Source of the DNA: Gemmata obscuriglobus
Lineage (GTDB): Bacteria > Planctomycetota > Planctomycetia > Gemmatales > Gemmataceae
Assembly (NCBI RefSeq): GCF_008065095.1
Contig: NZ_CP042911.1
Coordinates: forward strand, 1,200,001-1,232,000
Direction: 5' to 3'
Length of the DNA: 32,000 nt
In this document: positions 8,324 to 15,627 of the stretch, piece by piece
Layout of the letters: every line of letters starts with the position of its first letter
Numbering within the stretch: the stretch's first letter is position 1
Made by a program: the position numbers and the translations under genes
Notes under the pieces: model-generated
The model's input: the letters and a program-made list of their open reading frames with translations, nothing else
Databases searched by the model: none
What the model was told of the DNA's origin: nothing

Positions 8324-8458
8324 GGGTGCGTTTCGAAATCGCCCGGTGCGAGCGGGTCACTTCTTGTTCGCGGGCGGCACCGGGGCACGCACCGACTTGC
8401 GCCACCCGTCACCTTGGACGCCGGACGGGTGCGTGTCCCTGTGGTAGCTACGGAGCTG

Positions 8459-8512
8459 CGCGAGCGGTTGGCTTCTCGGGCGTCGTGCCGCCCGAGAAGC
8501 CAACCGCTCGCG
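8459..8512. terminator. 24-bp perfect GC-rich hairpin between convergent genes (candidate bidirectional terminator)
   Basis: CGCGAGCGGTTGGCTTCTCGGGCG (8459-8482), loop TCGTGC, CGCCCGAGAAGCCAACCGCTCGCG (8489-8512) is an exact reverse complement. It lies between the DUF1559 stop (8323) and the PNPOx-like stop (8629). Confidence 0.45.
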
Positions 8513-8628
8513 GTGATTGTGGTGGCGGGAACGTCCGGCCGTGCCGGGGTCGGAGAACCCGGGTGCGGAAACACCCGACCTACCGGTTCCCCGTTCGGCC
8601 GCGCCGGGAACGCAAGGCGCATTCCCTG

Positions 8629-9123
8629 CTACAGCGAGACCTTGCCGTGGACCTTCGGATCGCTGCCCACCTCGGGGCGCGAGCCGGTGATGAGCGCCCG
8701 GCCGGCTTCGATCAGGTACTTCACCCCGCTGGTGCCGCTGTTGTCCCAGTACTCACCGGTCTTGCCGTCCACGCGGAGCAGCACGATGTTGGGGTCGTCC
8801 TTGCCGCCCGGGAACCACACCTTCCACTCCACCTTCCAGAGCTGCGCGACCTTCGCGCGGTCCTCGACCGGGGCCGCGGTTCCGCTCAGCGAGACGAACT
8901 TGGTGCGCGACTGCATCGTCACGACGACGTGCCCGTCCCGCGCGAGTTCGTCCATTTTTCCGGAGTGCCGGTCGGTGGCGAACCAGAGCGTCCCGTCCGG
9001 TTCGACCTCGGCGAGGGCCATCGGGCGGCCGTGCAACTGGCCGTCCGCGGCACGGGTGACCAGCATTGCGAGGCCGAACTCTTCGAGCAGTTCCCGGAGC
9101 TTGTTGTCGGGTGTGGTGGCCAT
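8629..9123 (-). CDS. Pyridoxamine 5'-phosphate oxidase-fold protein (general stress protein 26-like)
   Basis: 164 aa. FGLAMLVTRAADGQLHGRPMAL...DGTLWFATDRHSGKMDELARDGHVVVTM...KVAQLWKVEWKVWFPGGKDDPNIVLLRV is typical of the PNPOx-like split-barrel family. Confidence 0.8.
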   Translation of the reverse strand: MATTPDNKLRELLEEFGLAMLVTRAADGQLHGRPMALAEVEPDGTLWFATDRHSGKMDELARDGHVVVTMQSRTKFVSLSGTAAPVEDRAKVAQLWKVEWKVWFPGGKDDPNIVLLRVDGKTGEYWDNSGTSGVKYLIEAGRALITGSRPEVGSDPKVHGKVSL

Positions 9124-9355
9124 AACGAGTGCCCGTGTGGAATCCCCGCCGCGACGGCGGATAGGGTGAGATGTGGCAACGCAAATCGCGGGCCGCGCCG
9201 GTGCGAGGTGTCTTCTCTCCCCCCCTTCCCTCTTCCGAACGCCCCGCGAAGTGCCGCGAGCGCGGCGCCGAAACGCGCTGTCGGTTCTCGGGGGGCTTAC
9301 GTCCCCCGCTCCCCTAACTAAGATGACACGGCACGCTCACCCCGGACGCCAACCG

Positions 9356-9676
9356 ATGTCCCTTTCTCTTGAACAAGTTGCGAAGGTCGCGAAGCTGGCG
9401 CGGCTCGAGATGTCCGACGCGGACCTCGCGCGGATGCAGCAGCAGCTCTCCGCCATCCTCGACTACATCGACCAGCTCAACCAACTGAACACCGACGGCG
9501 TCGAGCCGCTCGCGCACCCGCTGCCGGTGCAGAACGTGTTCCGGCCGGACACGCCGGTGCCGTCGCTGCCCGCGGCGGCGGCGCTCCAGAACGCCCCCAG
9601 CAAGATACTGGACAAGGACTCCGGATACTTCGGCGTGCCCGCGGTGTTCGACACCGACGAGCCCGTCAGCCACTGA
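9356..9676 (+). CDS. gatC: Asp-tRNA(Asn)/Glu-tRNA(Gln) amidotransferase subunit C
   Basis: ATG 9356 is in frame with track ORF 9173..9676. MSLSLEQVAKVAKLARLEMSDADLARMQQQLSAILDYIDQLNQLNTDGVEPLAHP is the GatC consensus, and the gene lies directly upstream of gatA. Confidence 0.92.
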   Translation: MSLSLEQVAKVAKLARLEMSDADLARMQQQLSAILDYIDQLNQLNTDGVEPLAHPLPVQNVFRPDTPVPSLPAAAALQNAPSKILDKDSGYFGVPAVFDTDEPVSH

Positions 9677-9684
9677 TTCGGGTC

Positions 9685-9800
9685 GGAAGTCACAAAGTCG
9701 AAAGTCGTAAAGTCGAAGGCACTCGGCGTTACGGTCTTCGACTTTGTCGCGTTCGACGTTACGACATCAAACGTTACGCCCTCGGTTTCGACCTCCCGGA
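9685..9800. repeat. Family E imperfect hairpin built from AAGTC-periodic motifs (E1)
   Basis: GGAAGTCACAAAGTCGAAAGTCGTAAAGTCGAAGGC (9685-9720) faces GTCTTCGACTTTGTCGCGTTCGACGTTACGAC (9734-9765). It fills the 130-bp gatC-gatA spacer. Confidence 0.65.
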
Positions 9801-9806
9801 ACAGCC

Positions 9807-11270
9807 ATGTCCCTCATCGAGAAGACCGCGACCGAGCTGCTCGCCCTCCAGAGCGCGGGGAAGGCCAGCGCGCTCGAGATCGCCGACGCGTTCCTCGCGT
9901 CCGCCGCGGCGCGCGAGCCGAAGCTCAAGTCCTTCACCCTGCCGCCGGACGCCGACGCCGTGCGCGCCGCCGCGAAGGCCGTCGACGCGAAGCGGGCCAA
10001 GGGCGAGCCGCTGGGCCGCCTCGCCGGCGTGCCCGTGGCCGTGAAGGACGTGCTCTGCACCAAGGGCGTCCGCACCACCTGCTCCAGCAAGATGCTGGCG
10101 AACTTCGTCCCGCCCTACGACGCCGACGCGGTCGAGCGGCTCAAGGGGGCGGACGCGGTCGTGTTCGGCAAGACGAACATGGACGAGTTCGCGATGGGCT
10201 CGTCCACCGAGAACAGCGCGTTCCAGGCCACCCGCAACCCGTGGGACGTGGAGCGCATCCCCGGCGGCTCGTCGGGCGGCAGCGCCGCCGTGGTCGCCGG
10301 GTGCCAGGCCCCGCTCTCGCTCGGGACCGACACCGGCGGCTCGATCCGCCAGCCGGCGGCGCTGTGCGGCATCGTCGGGCTGAAGCCCACCTACGGGCGC
10401 GTGTCGCGGTACGGGCTGATCGCGTTCGCCAGCTCGCTCGACCAGGTCGGGCCGTTCACGCACGACGTGACCGACTGCGCGCTGATGATGGAGGCCATCG
10501 CCGGCCACGACGCGCGCGACAGCACGAGCGTCGCGGAGCCGGTGCCGCACTACACCCGGACCGTCAACGACCCCGTGAAGGGGCTCCGGATCGGGGTGCC
10601 GAAGGAGTTCTTCGGCCAGGGGCTCGACCCGGAGGTGGAGGCGGCCGTCCGCGGCGCGCTGAAGGAGTACGAAAAGCTCGGCGCGACGCTCGTGGACGTG
10701 TCGCTGCCGCACAGCCCGTACGCGCTGGCGGCGTACTACATCGTCGCCCCGGCGGAGGCGTCGAGCAACCTCGCGCGGTTCGACGGGATGCACTACGGGC
10801 ACCGCACCGCGACCAAGGGCGACCTGATCGCCACCTACTCCAAGTCGCGCGGCGAGGGGTTCGGGCCGGAGGTGCAGCGCCGCATCATCCTCGGCACCTA
10901 CGTGCTGTCGAGCGGGTACAAGGACGCCTACTACCTGAAGGCGCTGAAGGTGCGCCGGCTCGTGAAGAAGGACTTCGACGAGGCGTTCAAGACCTGCGAC
11001 GTGGTGATGGGGCCGACCACCCCGACCGCGGCGTTCAAGGCGGGCGAGAAGTCGGACGACCCGCTGGCGCTGTACCTGTCGGACGTGTACACGGTGTCGT
11101 GCAACCTGGCGGGCATCCCGGGGCTGAGCATGCCGTGCGGGTTCACGCAGGCCGGGCTCCCGATCGGGCTGCAACTGCTCGGCGCCCCGTTCGAGGAGGA
11201 GAAGCTCCTGCGGGTCGCGCGGATGTACGAGGCCGCGACCGCGTGGCACACCCGCCGCCCGGTGGTGTGA
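9807..11270 (+). CDS. gatA: Glutamyl-tRNA(Gln)/aspartyl-tRNA(Asn) amidotransferase subunit A
   Basis: ATG 9807. The amidase signature region is [51 protein letters not shown]. Length is 487 aa, and the gene is downstream of gatC. Confidence 0.95.
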   Translation: MSLIEKTATELLALQSAGKASALEIADAFLASAAAREPKLKSFTLPPDADAVRAAAKAVDAKRAKGEPLGRLAGVPVAVKDVLCTKGVRTTCSSKMLANFVPPYDADAVERLKGADAVVFGKTNMDEFAMGSSTENSAFQATRNPWDVERIPGGSSGGSAAVVAGCQAPLSLGTDTGGSIRQPAALCGIVGLKPTYGRVSRYGLIAFASSLDQVGPFTHDVTDCALMMEAIAGHDARDSTSVAEPVPHYTRTVNDPVKGLRIGVPKEFFGQGLDPEVEAAVRGALKEYEKLGATLVDVSLPHSPYALAAYYIVAPAEASSNLARFDGMHYGHRTATKGDLIATYSKSRGEGFGPEVQRRIILGTYVLSSGYKDAYYLKALKVRRLVKKDFDEAFKTCDVVMGPTTPTAAFKAGEKSDDPLALYLSDVYTVSCNLAGIPGLSMPCGFTQAGLPIGLQLLGAPFEEEKLLRVARMYEAATAWHTRRPVV

Positions 11271-11295
11271 AGCCGGCGCCCTTCCGAGTTTTGCT

Positions 11296-12201
11296 ATGGA
11301 CGAGACAGAGTGGTTGACCTGTGCCGAGCCGGCCGCGATGTTGGACCGACTCGGCCCTCAGGTTAGTGTCCGCAAGCTCCGGCTGTTCGGGGCCGCCTGT
11401 TGCCGACGAGCGGAAGGTGCCAGCCAGGGGGCTCTCGTCAAACGTGGGATCGACCTCGCCTATCGACTCGCCGACGGGCCAGACATCGGGGAGGACCTCT
11501 CCCGCTTTCAGAGCGACCTCCTGTTCGAGGCGTTCTCCGGTGACGGCGAAGGCTGGCGGACGCGAGCGAATATGGCCCGCTGGCACATGGCCCTGGCCGT
11601 CTTCAACGCCCTCCAGGACAGTGACCGGTTTGTCGCAGGCGAGCGGCGACCGGTTTTCGAAGGCTATCTACAGGAGCATCACGATGACATACTCCACTTC
11701 GCCTTGTCCGCGGCCCGGACGGAAGCGGGGCCGGGAGGCAACCCTGTTTTCGACCGCCCGGACATCTGCGGCCCGGACCTGACCCGTGTGTGGATCGAGG
11801 CCGCCCAAGCAATCGCCTACCACTCGCAACCGGACGACCGGCCGCGCTTAACCCTGATCCAGGAGTTAACCGCGTCGGAGGGCCGCCAGCGGTTGCGAGA
11901 CTGGGAGACCGCGGTAGAAGTTGGCCGCCAATTCGAGGCAAAGCAACAGACCGTCCTCGTCCGTGACATCTTCGGCAACCCGTTCCGTCCCGTAAGATTT
12001 GACATGGGTTGGCTCACCGGCGCTGCCGTCAGCTTGGCCGATGCGATCTACCGGGGGCAGGCGTTTGAACGCCTCCCGGTTCTGGCCGACGCGCTGGAAG
12101 CATCGGGCTGTGACGACCCCAGCATCCTGGCTCACTGCCGAAGTGGCGCCCCACACGTCCGCGGGTGCTGGGCCGTGGACTTGGTGCTCGGGAGAAGGTA
12201 A
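11296..12201 (+). CDS. Hypothetical protein of a lineage-expanded family (N-terminal WLTC..P..ML, C-terminal HVRGCW tail)
   Basis: 301 aa. The N-terminus is MDETEWLTCAEPAAMLDRL. The C-terminus is FGNPFRPVRFDMGWLTGAAVSLADAIYRGQAFERLPVLADALEASGCDDPSILAHCRSGAPHVRGCWAVDLVLG. From memory this resembles a multi-copy planctomycete/myxobacterial family. Function is unknown. Confidence 0.7.
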   Translation: MDETEWLTCAEPAAMLDRLGPQVSVRKLRLFGAACCRRAEGASQGALVKRGIDLAYRLADGPDIGEDLSRFQSDLLFEAFSGDGEGWRTRANMARWHMALAVFNALQDSDRFVAGERRPVFEGYLQEHHDDILHFALSAARTEAGPGGNPVFDRPDICGPDLTRVWIEAAQAIAYHSQPDDRPRLTLIQELTASEGRQRLRDWETAVEVGRQFEAKQQTVLVRDIFGNPFRPVRFDMGWLTGAAVSLADAIYRGQAFERLPVLADALEASGCDDPSILAHCRSGAPHVRGCWAVDLVLGRR

Positions 12202-12225
12202 CCCGCGGTACGAACCCGGAGCGGG

Positions 12226-12373
12226 GCTGATACACGAACCGGCTGTTGGTGTCCGTTTTGGTTTTTGTCTTTGTGGCACAGACATTCCTGTCTGTGCGGC
12301 GCGATAAGCGCTGCACAGACAGGAATGTCTGTGCCACAAGAAATAGACATAACTAGCCGGACCGTGAATGAGG
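12226..12373. repeat. Family B REPIN-like palindromic element (B1)
   Basis: Core arms GTGGCACAGACATTCCTGTCTGTGC (12273-12297) and GCACAGACAGGAATGTCTGTGCCAC (12313-12337) are exact reverse complements with a 15-nt spacer. Each arm is itself a hairpin (CACAGACA-TTCC-TGTCTGTG). Imperfectly complementary flanks extend out to ...GATACACG / CGTGAATGAGG. Confidence 0.9.
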
Positions 12374-12380
12374 ACTACGG

Positions 12381-12481
12381 GTCAGAAGCCGTCAGGTCAG
12401 CAAGTCATAAAGTCACGAGGCTTCGCCCTACTGAATTTGTGACGTTACGACTTTCGACGAGCGGACTTCTGACGGAAGTCC
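12381..12481. repeat. Family E imperfect hairpin (E2)
   Basis: GTCAGAAG (12381-12388) pairs with CTTCTGAC (12466-12473). AAGTCATAAAGTCAC faces GTGACGTTACGACTT. It has the same AAGTC-periodic character as E1 and lies just downstream of the GT4 stop at 12492. Confidence 0.55.
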
Positions 12482-12491
12482 TTATCTTCCG

Positions 12492-13697
12492 TTACCGCTT
12501 TACCAGTCCCGCAACCACTTCCGCCGCCTTGCGGCCGATCTGCGGCCAGTCGTAGGTCGCACGGGCCAGCTCCCGCGCCCGGTCCGCCATCCTGGCACCT
12601 TCCACCGCGTCGGCAAGTAGTTTCGCGGTCGCGTCGGCGAACGCCGGCCGTTCGGCGAGCACGAAGTGCGTCCCGGGTTCGGCGGCGATCCCTTCCGCGC
12701 CGACGGCCGTGCTGACGACCGGCAGCCCGGCGGCGAACGCTTCGAGGATCTTCAGCCGCGTACCGCCGCCGGCGTCGAGCGGCACCGCCAGTGCCGACGC
12801 ACGCAACAGGTACGGCTTCACGTCCGGCACGCCGCCGGTCACTTCGATCCCCGGCGAGCCGTTGAGCGCGAGCAGATCCGCGGGCGGGTCGCGGCCGACG
12901 ACGGCGAGAACCGCGTCCGGGACGCGGGCGCGCAGCGCGGGCAGCACGTCGCGCGCGAGGAACCGCGCCGCCGCCGCGTTCGGCCCCCAGGACATCGTCC
13001 CCAGGAACATCACCACCGGCGGGCCGCCGCGCCCGGTCGGGAGGTCCGCCAGCGCGGAGCAATCGACGCCGTTCGGAACGGTGTGAACGGCTTTCGCCCC
13101 GAGCGCGCGAAAGTGCCCGGCCTCGGTGTCGGACACCGCGAAGAGCGCGTCGCACTCCCGGGCCGCACGGCGCTCGGCGCGGTCGATCCGCTTCGCCTCG
13201 CCCTGAAGGAACGCGCCCTTCAGAGGGCTGGTTTGTTCCTCGGCGGTGCGGCGCACGAGCAGCGAGTAGACGTTGTGCAGGTCGATGACGGCGGGCACGG
13301 CCGGCGCCGCGGCGCGGTACAGGAGCCCGTCGAGGTGGTCGAGGTACAGCACGTCCGGCGGCGCCGTCTTGAGTTCGTGCTCCCACACGCGGGCGGCTTC
13401 GGCCCATGCGTGCCGCCGGTACATCACGTATGGTTCGGCTTTCAGAGCGGCGCCGAGCAGGCGCTTCGCTTCGGACCACTTCGATCGCGCCGGCACGGCC
13501 GCCGGGCGCACGGCGATCCCGGCCTTCTGAAGCGCCTCGACGCTGGCGGCCTGGTCCGGACCGACCGGGCACACCAGCCGGAAGTCGGTGGCGGCGGCGA
13601 GCGCCTTCATCAGGTGAAAGCTGCGGATGTGGCCGCCGGAGTTGAGCGGCCACGGCGGCTCACTGGTGGCCGCCAGTACGCGGGGCTTCGCGGTCAC
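12492..13697 (-). CDS. Glycosyltransferase family 4 (GT-B fold)
   Basis: A GTG start at 13697 overlaps the upstream TGA by the tetranucleotide GTGA. The N-terminus is VTAKPRVLAATSEPPWPLNSGGHIRSFHLMKAL. The C-terminal half has VVMFLGTMSWGPN...GGGTRLKILEAFAAGLPVVST (EX7E-like region). The track ORF 12492..14015 overextends into the acetyltransferase gene. Confidence 0.85.
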   Translation of the reverse strand: MTAKPRVLAATSEPPWPLNSGGHIRSFHLMKALAAATDFRLVCPVGPDQAASVEALQKAGIAVRPAAVPARSKWSEAKRLLGAALKAEPYVMYRRHAWAEAARVWEHELKTAPPDVLYLDHLDGLLYRAAAPAVPAVIDLHNVYSLLVRRTAEEQTSPLKGAFLQGEAKRIDRAERRAARECDALFAVSDTEAGHFRALGAKAVHTVPNGVDCSALADLPTGRGGPPVVMFLGTMSWGPNAAAARFLARDVLPALRARVPDAVLAVVGRDPPADLLALNGSPGIEVTGGVPDVKPYLLRASALAVPLDAGGGTRLKILEAFAAGLPVVSTAVGAEGIAAEPGTHFVLAERPAFADATAKLLADAVEGARMADRARELARATYDWPQIGRKAAEVVAGLVKR

Positions 13698-14347
13698 GCC
13701 TCGCCCTCCGCCGGGGCCTCGAACCGCTTGCGGATCACCTTGGCCGGCACGCCCGCCGCGATCACGTTGTCGGGCAGCGGTTTCGTCACGACCGAGCCGG
13801 CCGCGACCACCGTCCCCTTCCCCACATCGGCGAGAACGATCGCCCCGCTCCCCACCCACGCCCCTGCCCCGACGGTCACGAGCTTGCGCTCGCCGCCCTG
13901 CTCGCGGATCGGCTTGGTGGGGTCGTCGAAGTAGTGCGTCATTCCCCCCGAGGGGATCTGCACGTTGGCGGCGAGCAGCACGTCGCGTTCCAGGTGAACC
14001 AGCCCCAGGGTACACCGCGGGCCGACGTACACGTTCTCATCGAGCATCGCGCCCGGCTGCGAGAAGAAGGTGCCGAACTCGACGCACACCGACGGGTGGC
14101 AGCGGGCGAGCACCCGTTCGAGGAACGCCCGCCGGAGGTACTGCCCGGTCAGCCCCGGCCAGAGCGAGAGGAGCTGCGAGCGGGACTCGAGCGCCGGCCC
14201 GCGCCCGCGGACCGCGGCGCTGAGCCAGAACGACGCCAGCACCGGCGACACGCCCACGAGTGCCGCGAGCCGGGCCGCCCCTTTCGCGGCGCGCTTGAGC
14301 GGGGACGGGGCGGCCGAAGGCGGAACGTGGATGACCGGCGAACTCAT
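13694..14347 (-). CDS. Left-handed beta-helix (hexapeptide-repeat) acyl/acetyltransferase, WcaF-like
   Basis: ATG 14347 (MSSPVIHVPP...). The hexapeptide region is NVYVGPRCTLGLVHLERDVLLAANVQIPSGG...VTVGAGAWVGSGAIVLADVGKGTVVAAGSVVTKPLPDNVIAAGVPAKVI. The track ORF start at 14509 lies inside hairpin D and is unlikely. Confidence 0.85.
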   Translation of the reverse strand: MSSPVIHVPPSAAPSPLKRAAKGAARLAALVGVSPVLASFWLSAAVRGRGPALESRSQLLSLWPGLTGQYLRRAFLERVLARCHPSVCVEFGTFFSQPGAMLDENVYVGPRCTLGLVHLERDVLLAANVQIPSGGMTHYFDDPTKPIREQGGERKLVTVGAGAWVGSGAIVLADVGKGTVVAAGSVVTKPLPDNVIAAGVPAKVIRKRFEAPAEGEA

Positions 14348-14408
14348 GGTGCGGTTGTGTTCTGGAGGCTGAGCGCGAACGGTGAAGGTGGCACAGGGCT
14401 CCCGCCCT

Positions 14409-14533
14409 GCGCTACGCCCGCCTCGCAACAAGTTGAAAGGCAAAAGTGCAAAGGCAAAAGGGAAAGCCGAAAGCGCCCTCACTTTTGCCTTGACACTTTT
14501 GCCTTTCAACTTGTTGCGAGCCGGGCGTACAGC
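14409..14533. repeat. Family D hairpin element inside the glycan operon
   Basis: CTCGCAACAAGTTGAAAGGCAAAAGTGCAAAGGCAAAAG (14422-14460) faces CTTTTGCCTTGACACTTTTGCCTTTCAACTTGTTGCGAG (14482-14520): 37 of 39 positions complementary, 21-nt loop. Weaker complementarity extends to 14409 and 14533. The right arm contains the last codons and stop of the upstream GT4. Confidence 0.85.
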
Positions 14534-15627
14534 TTGTAGTACTCGTCAACGGTCCGGGCCAGTTGGTAGCGCTCCACCGCCCGGGCGCGGCCGTTGGCAC
14601 CCAGCCGGGCCGCGAAGTCGGGCGCGCGGAACAGGCGGCGGATCGCGTCCGCACAGCCGGCGGCGTCGCCGCGCGGGAACAACAACCCCTCTTGCTCGTG
14701 CCGCACGATCTCCGGGTTGCCCCCGACGGCGGTCACGACGGCCGGCAGCGCGCTCGCCATCGCTTCGAGCAGGGTCAGCGACGCCGCCTCGCTCAGGGAG
14801 GTCAGCGCGAACGCGTCGGCGGCCCGCATCAGGTCGGGGATGTCGGTGCGGATGCCCAGGAACCGCACGCGGTCCGGGACGCGCAGCTCCACCGCCAGGG
14901 CCTCCAGCTCGTTCCGGAGCGGCCCGTCCCCGACCATCAGGAGATCGACCCCCGGCAGGTCCGGGACGGCCGCCGCGAACCCGCGGATCAGCGTCTTCTG
15001 GTCCTTCACCGGGTGGTGCCGGGCGACGTGGATCAGGTACCGGCGCTCGGGCTCCAGCCCGACCTCTTCCTTCGCCACGTCCTTGTCCGCGGGCGGGCCG
15101 TACCGGTCCACCTCGATGCCGTTCTCGATGACCGCGATCCGGGCGCCGGCGAACCCGTCGGTGCGGCACAGCCCGCGCGCGCTGAACGCGCAGCACGCCG
15201 TCACGGCGTCGGCGAGGTGGTCGAGCGCGAGCCGGTTCACGGCGCGGCGGAGCGGCGACACGCGGTCCGGGTAGTGGCGGCCGTGCTCGGTGAGGATCAG
15301 CTTCGGCCGGAACCCGCACAGCGGCTTCGCCAGCGCGGAGTAGAAGAACGGCGTGTACTGGTGGGCGTGAACCACCTCGACGCCCCGCTCTCGGATCGCC
15401 GCGGCGATGCGCTGACTCACGCGCCAGTCGCGCCCCGGCTTGCGGTGGAAGCACACGAGGTCGACGCCCTCGGCCAACAGTTCCTCGCCGATGCGGCCGA
15501 CCGCGTCGAGGCAGAAGACGGTCGGCCGGATGCGGCCCCCGAGCCGGCGGATCGTCTCGCGGACGAGCACCTCCGCGCCGGCCACCTGCATCACGTGGAC
15601 GACGAACGCGACCCGAACGGGGCTCAC
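14506..15627 (-). CDS. Glycosyltransferase family 4 (GT-B fold)
   Basis: A GTG start at 15627 overlaps the TGA of the upstream gene (GTGA). The N-terminus is VSPVRVAFVVHVMQVAGAEVLV. The C-terminal half has YLIHVARHHPVKDQKTLI...FALTSLSEAASLTLLEAMASALPAVVTAVGGNPEIV. The 861-aa track ORF 14506..17091 is a read-through artefact. Confidence 0.88.
   Translation of the reverse strand: MSPVRVAFVVHVMQVAGAEVLVRETIRRLGGRIRPTVFCLDAVGRIGEELLAEGVDLVCFHRKPGRDWRVSQRIAAAIRERGVEVVHAHQYTPFFYSALAKPLCGFRPKLILTEHGRHYPDRVSPLRRAVNRLALDHLADAVTACCAFSARGLCRTDGFAGARIAVIENGIEVDRYGPPADKDVAKEEVGLEPERRYLIHVARHHPVKDQKTLIRGFAAAVPDLPGVDLLMVGDGPLRNELEALAVELRVPDRVRFLGIRTDIPDLMRAADAFALTSLSEAASLTLLEAMASALPAVVTAVGGNPEIVRHEQEGLLFPRGDAAGCADAIRRLFRAPDFAARLGANGRARAVERYQLARTVDEYYKLYARLATS

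Noticed and set aside
8140-9321. 393-aa plus-strand ORF and 8414..9169 (+)
   Set aside because: These are antisense to the well-supported PNPOx-like gene and cross a non-coding hairpin region. The translation is low-complexity.
9356-11270. Absence of gatB next to gatC-gatA
   Set aside because: A separate gatB locus is common in bacteria, so this is not anomalous.
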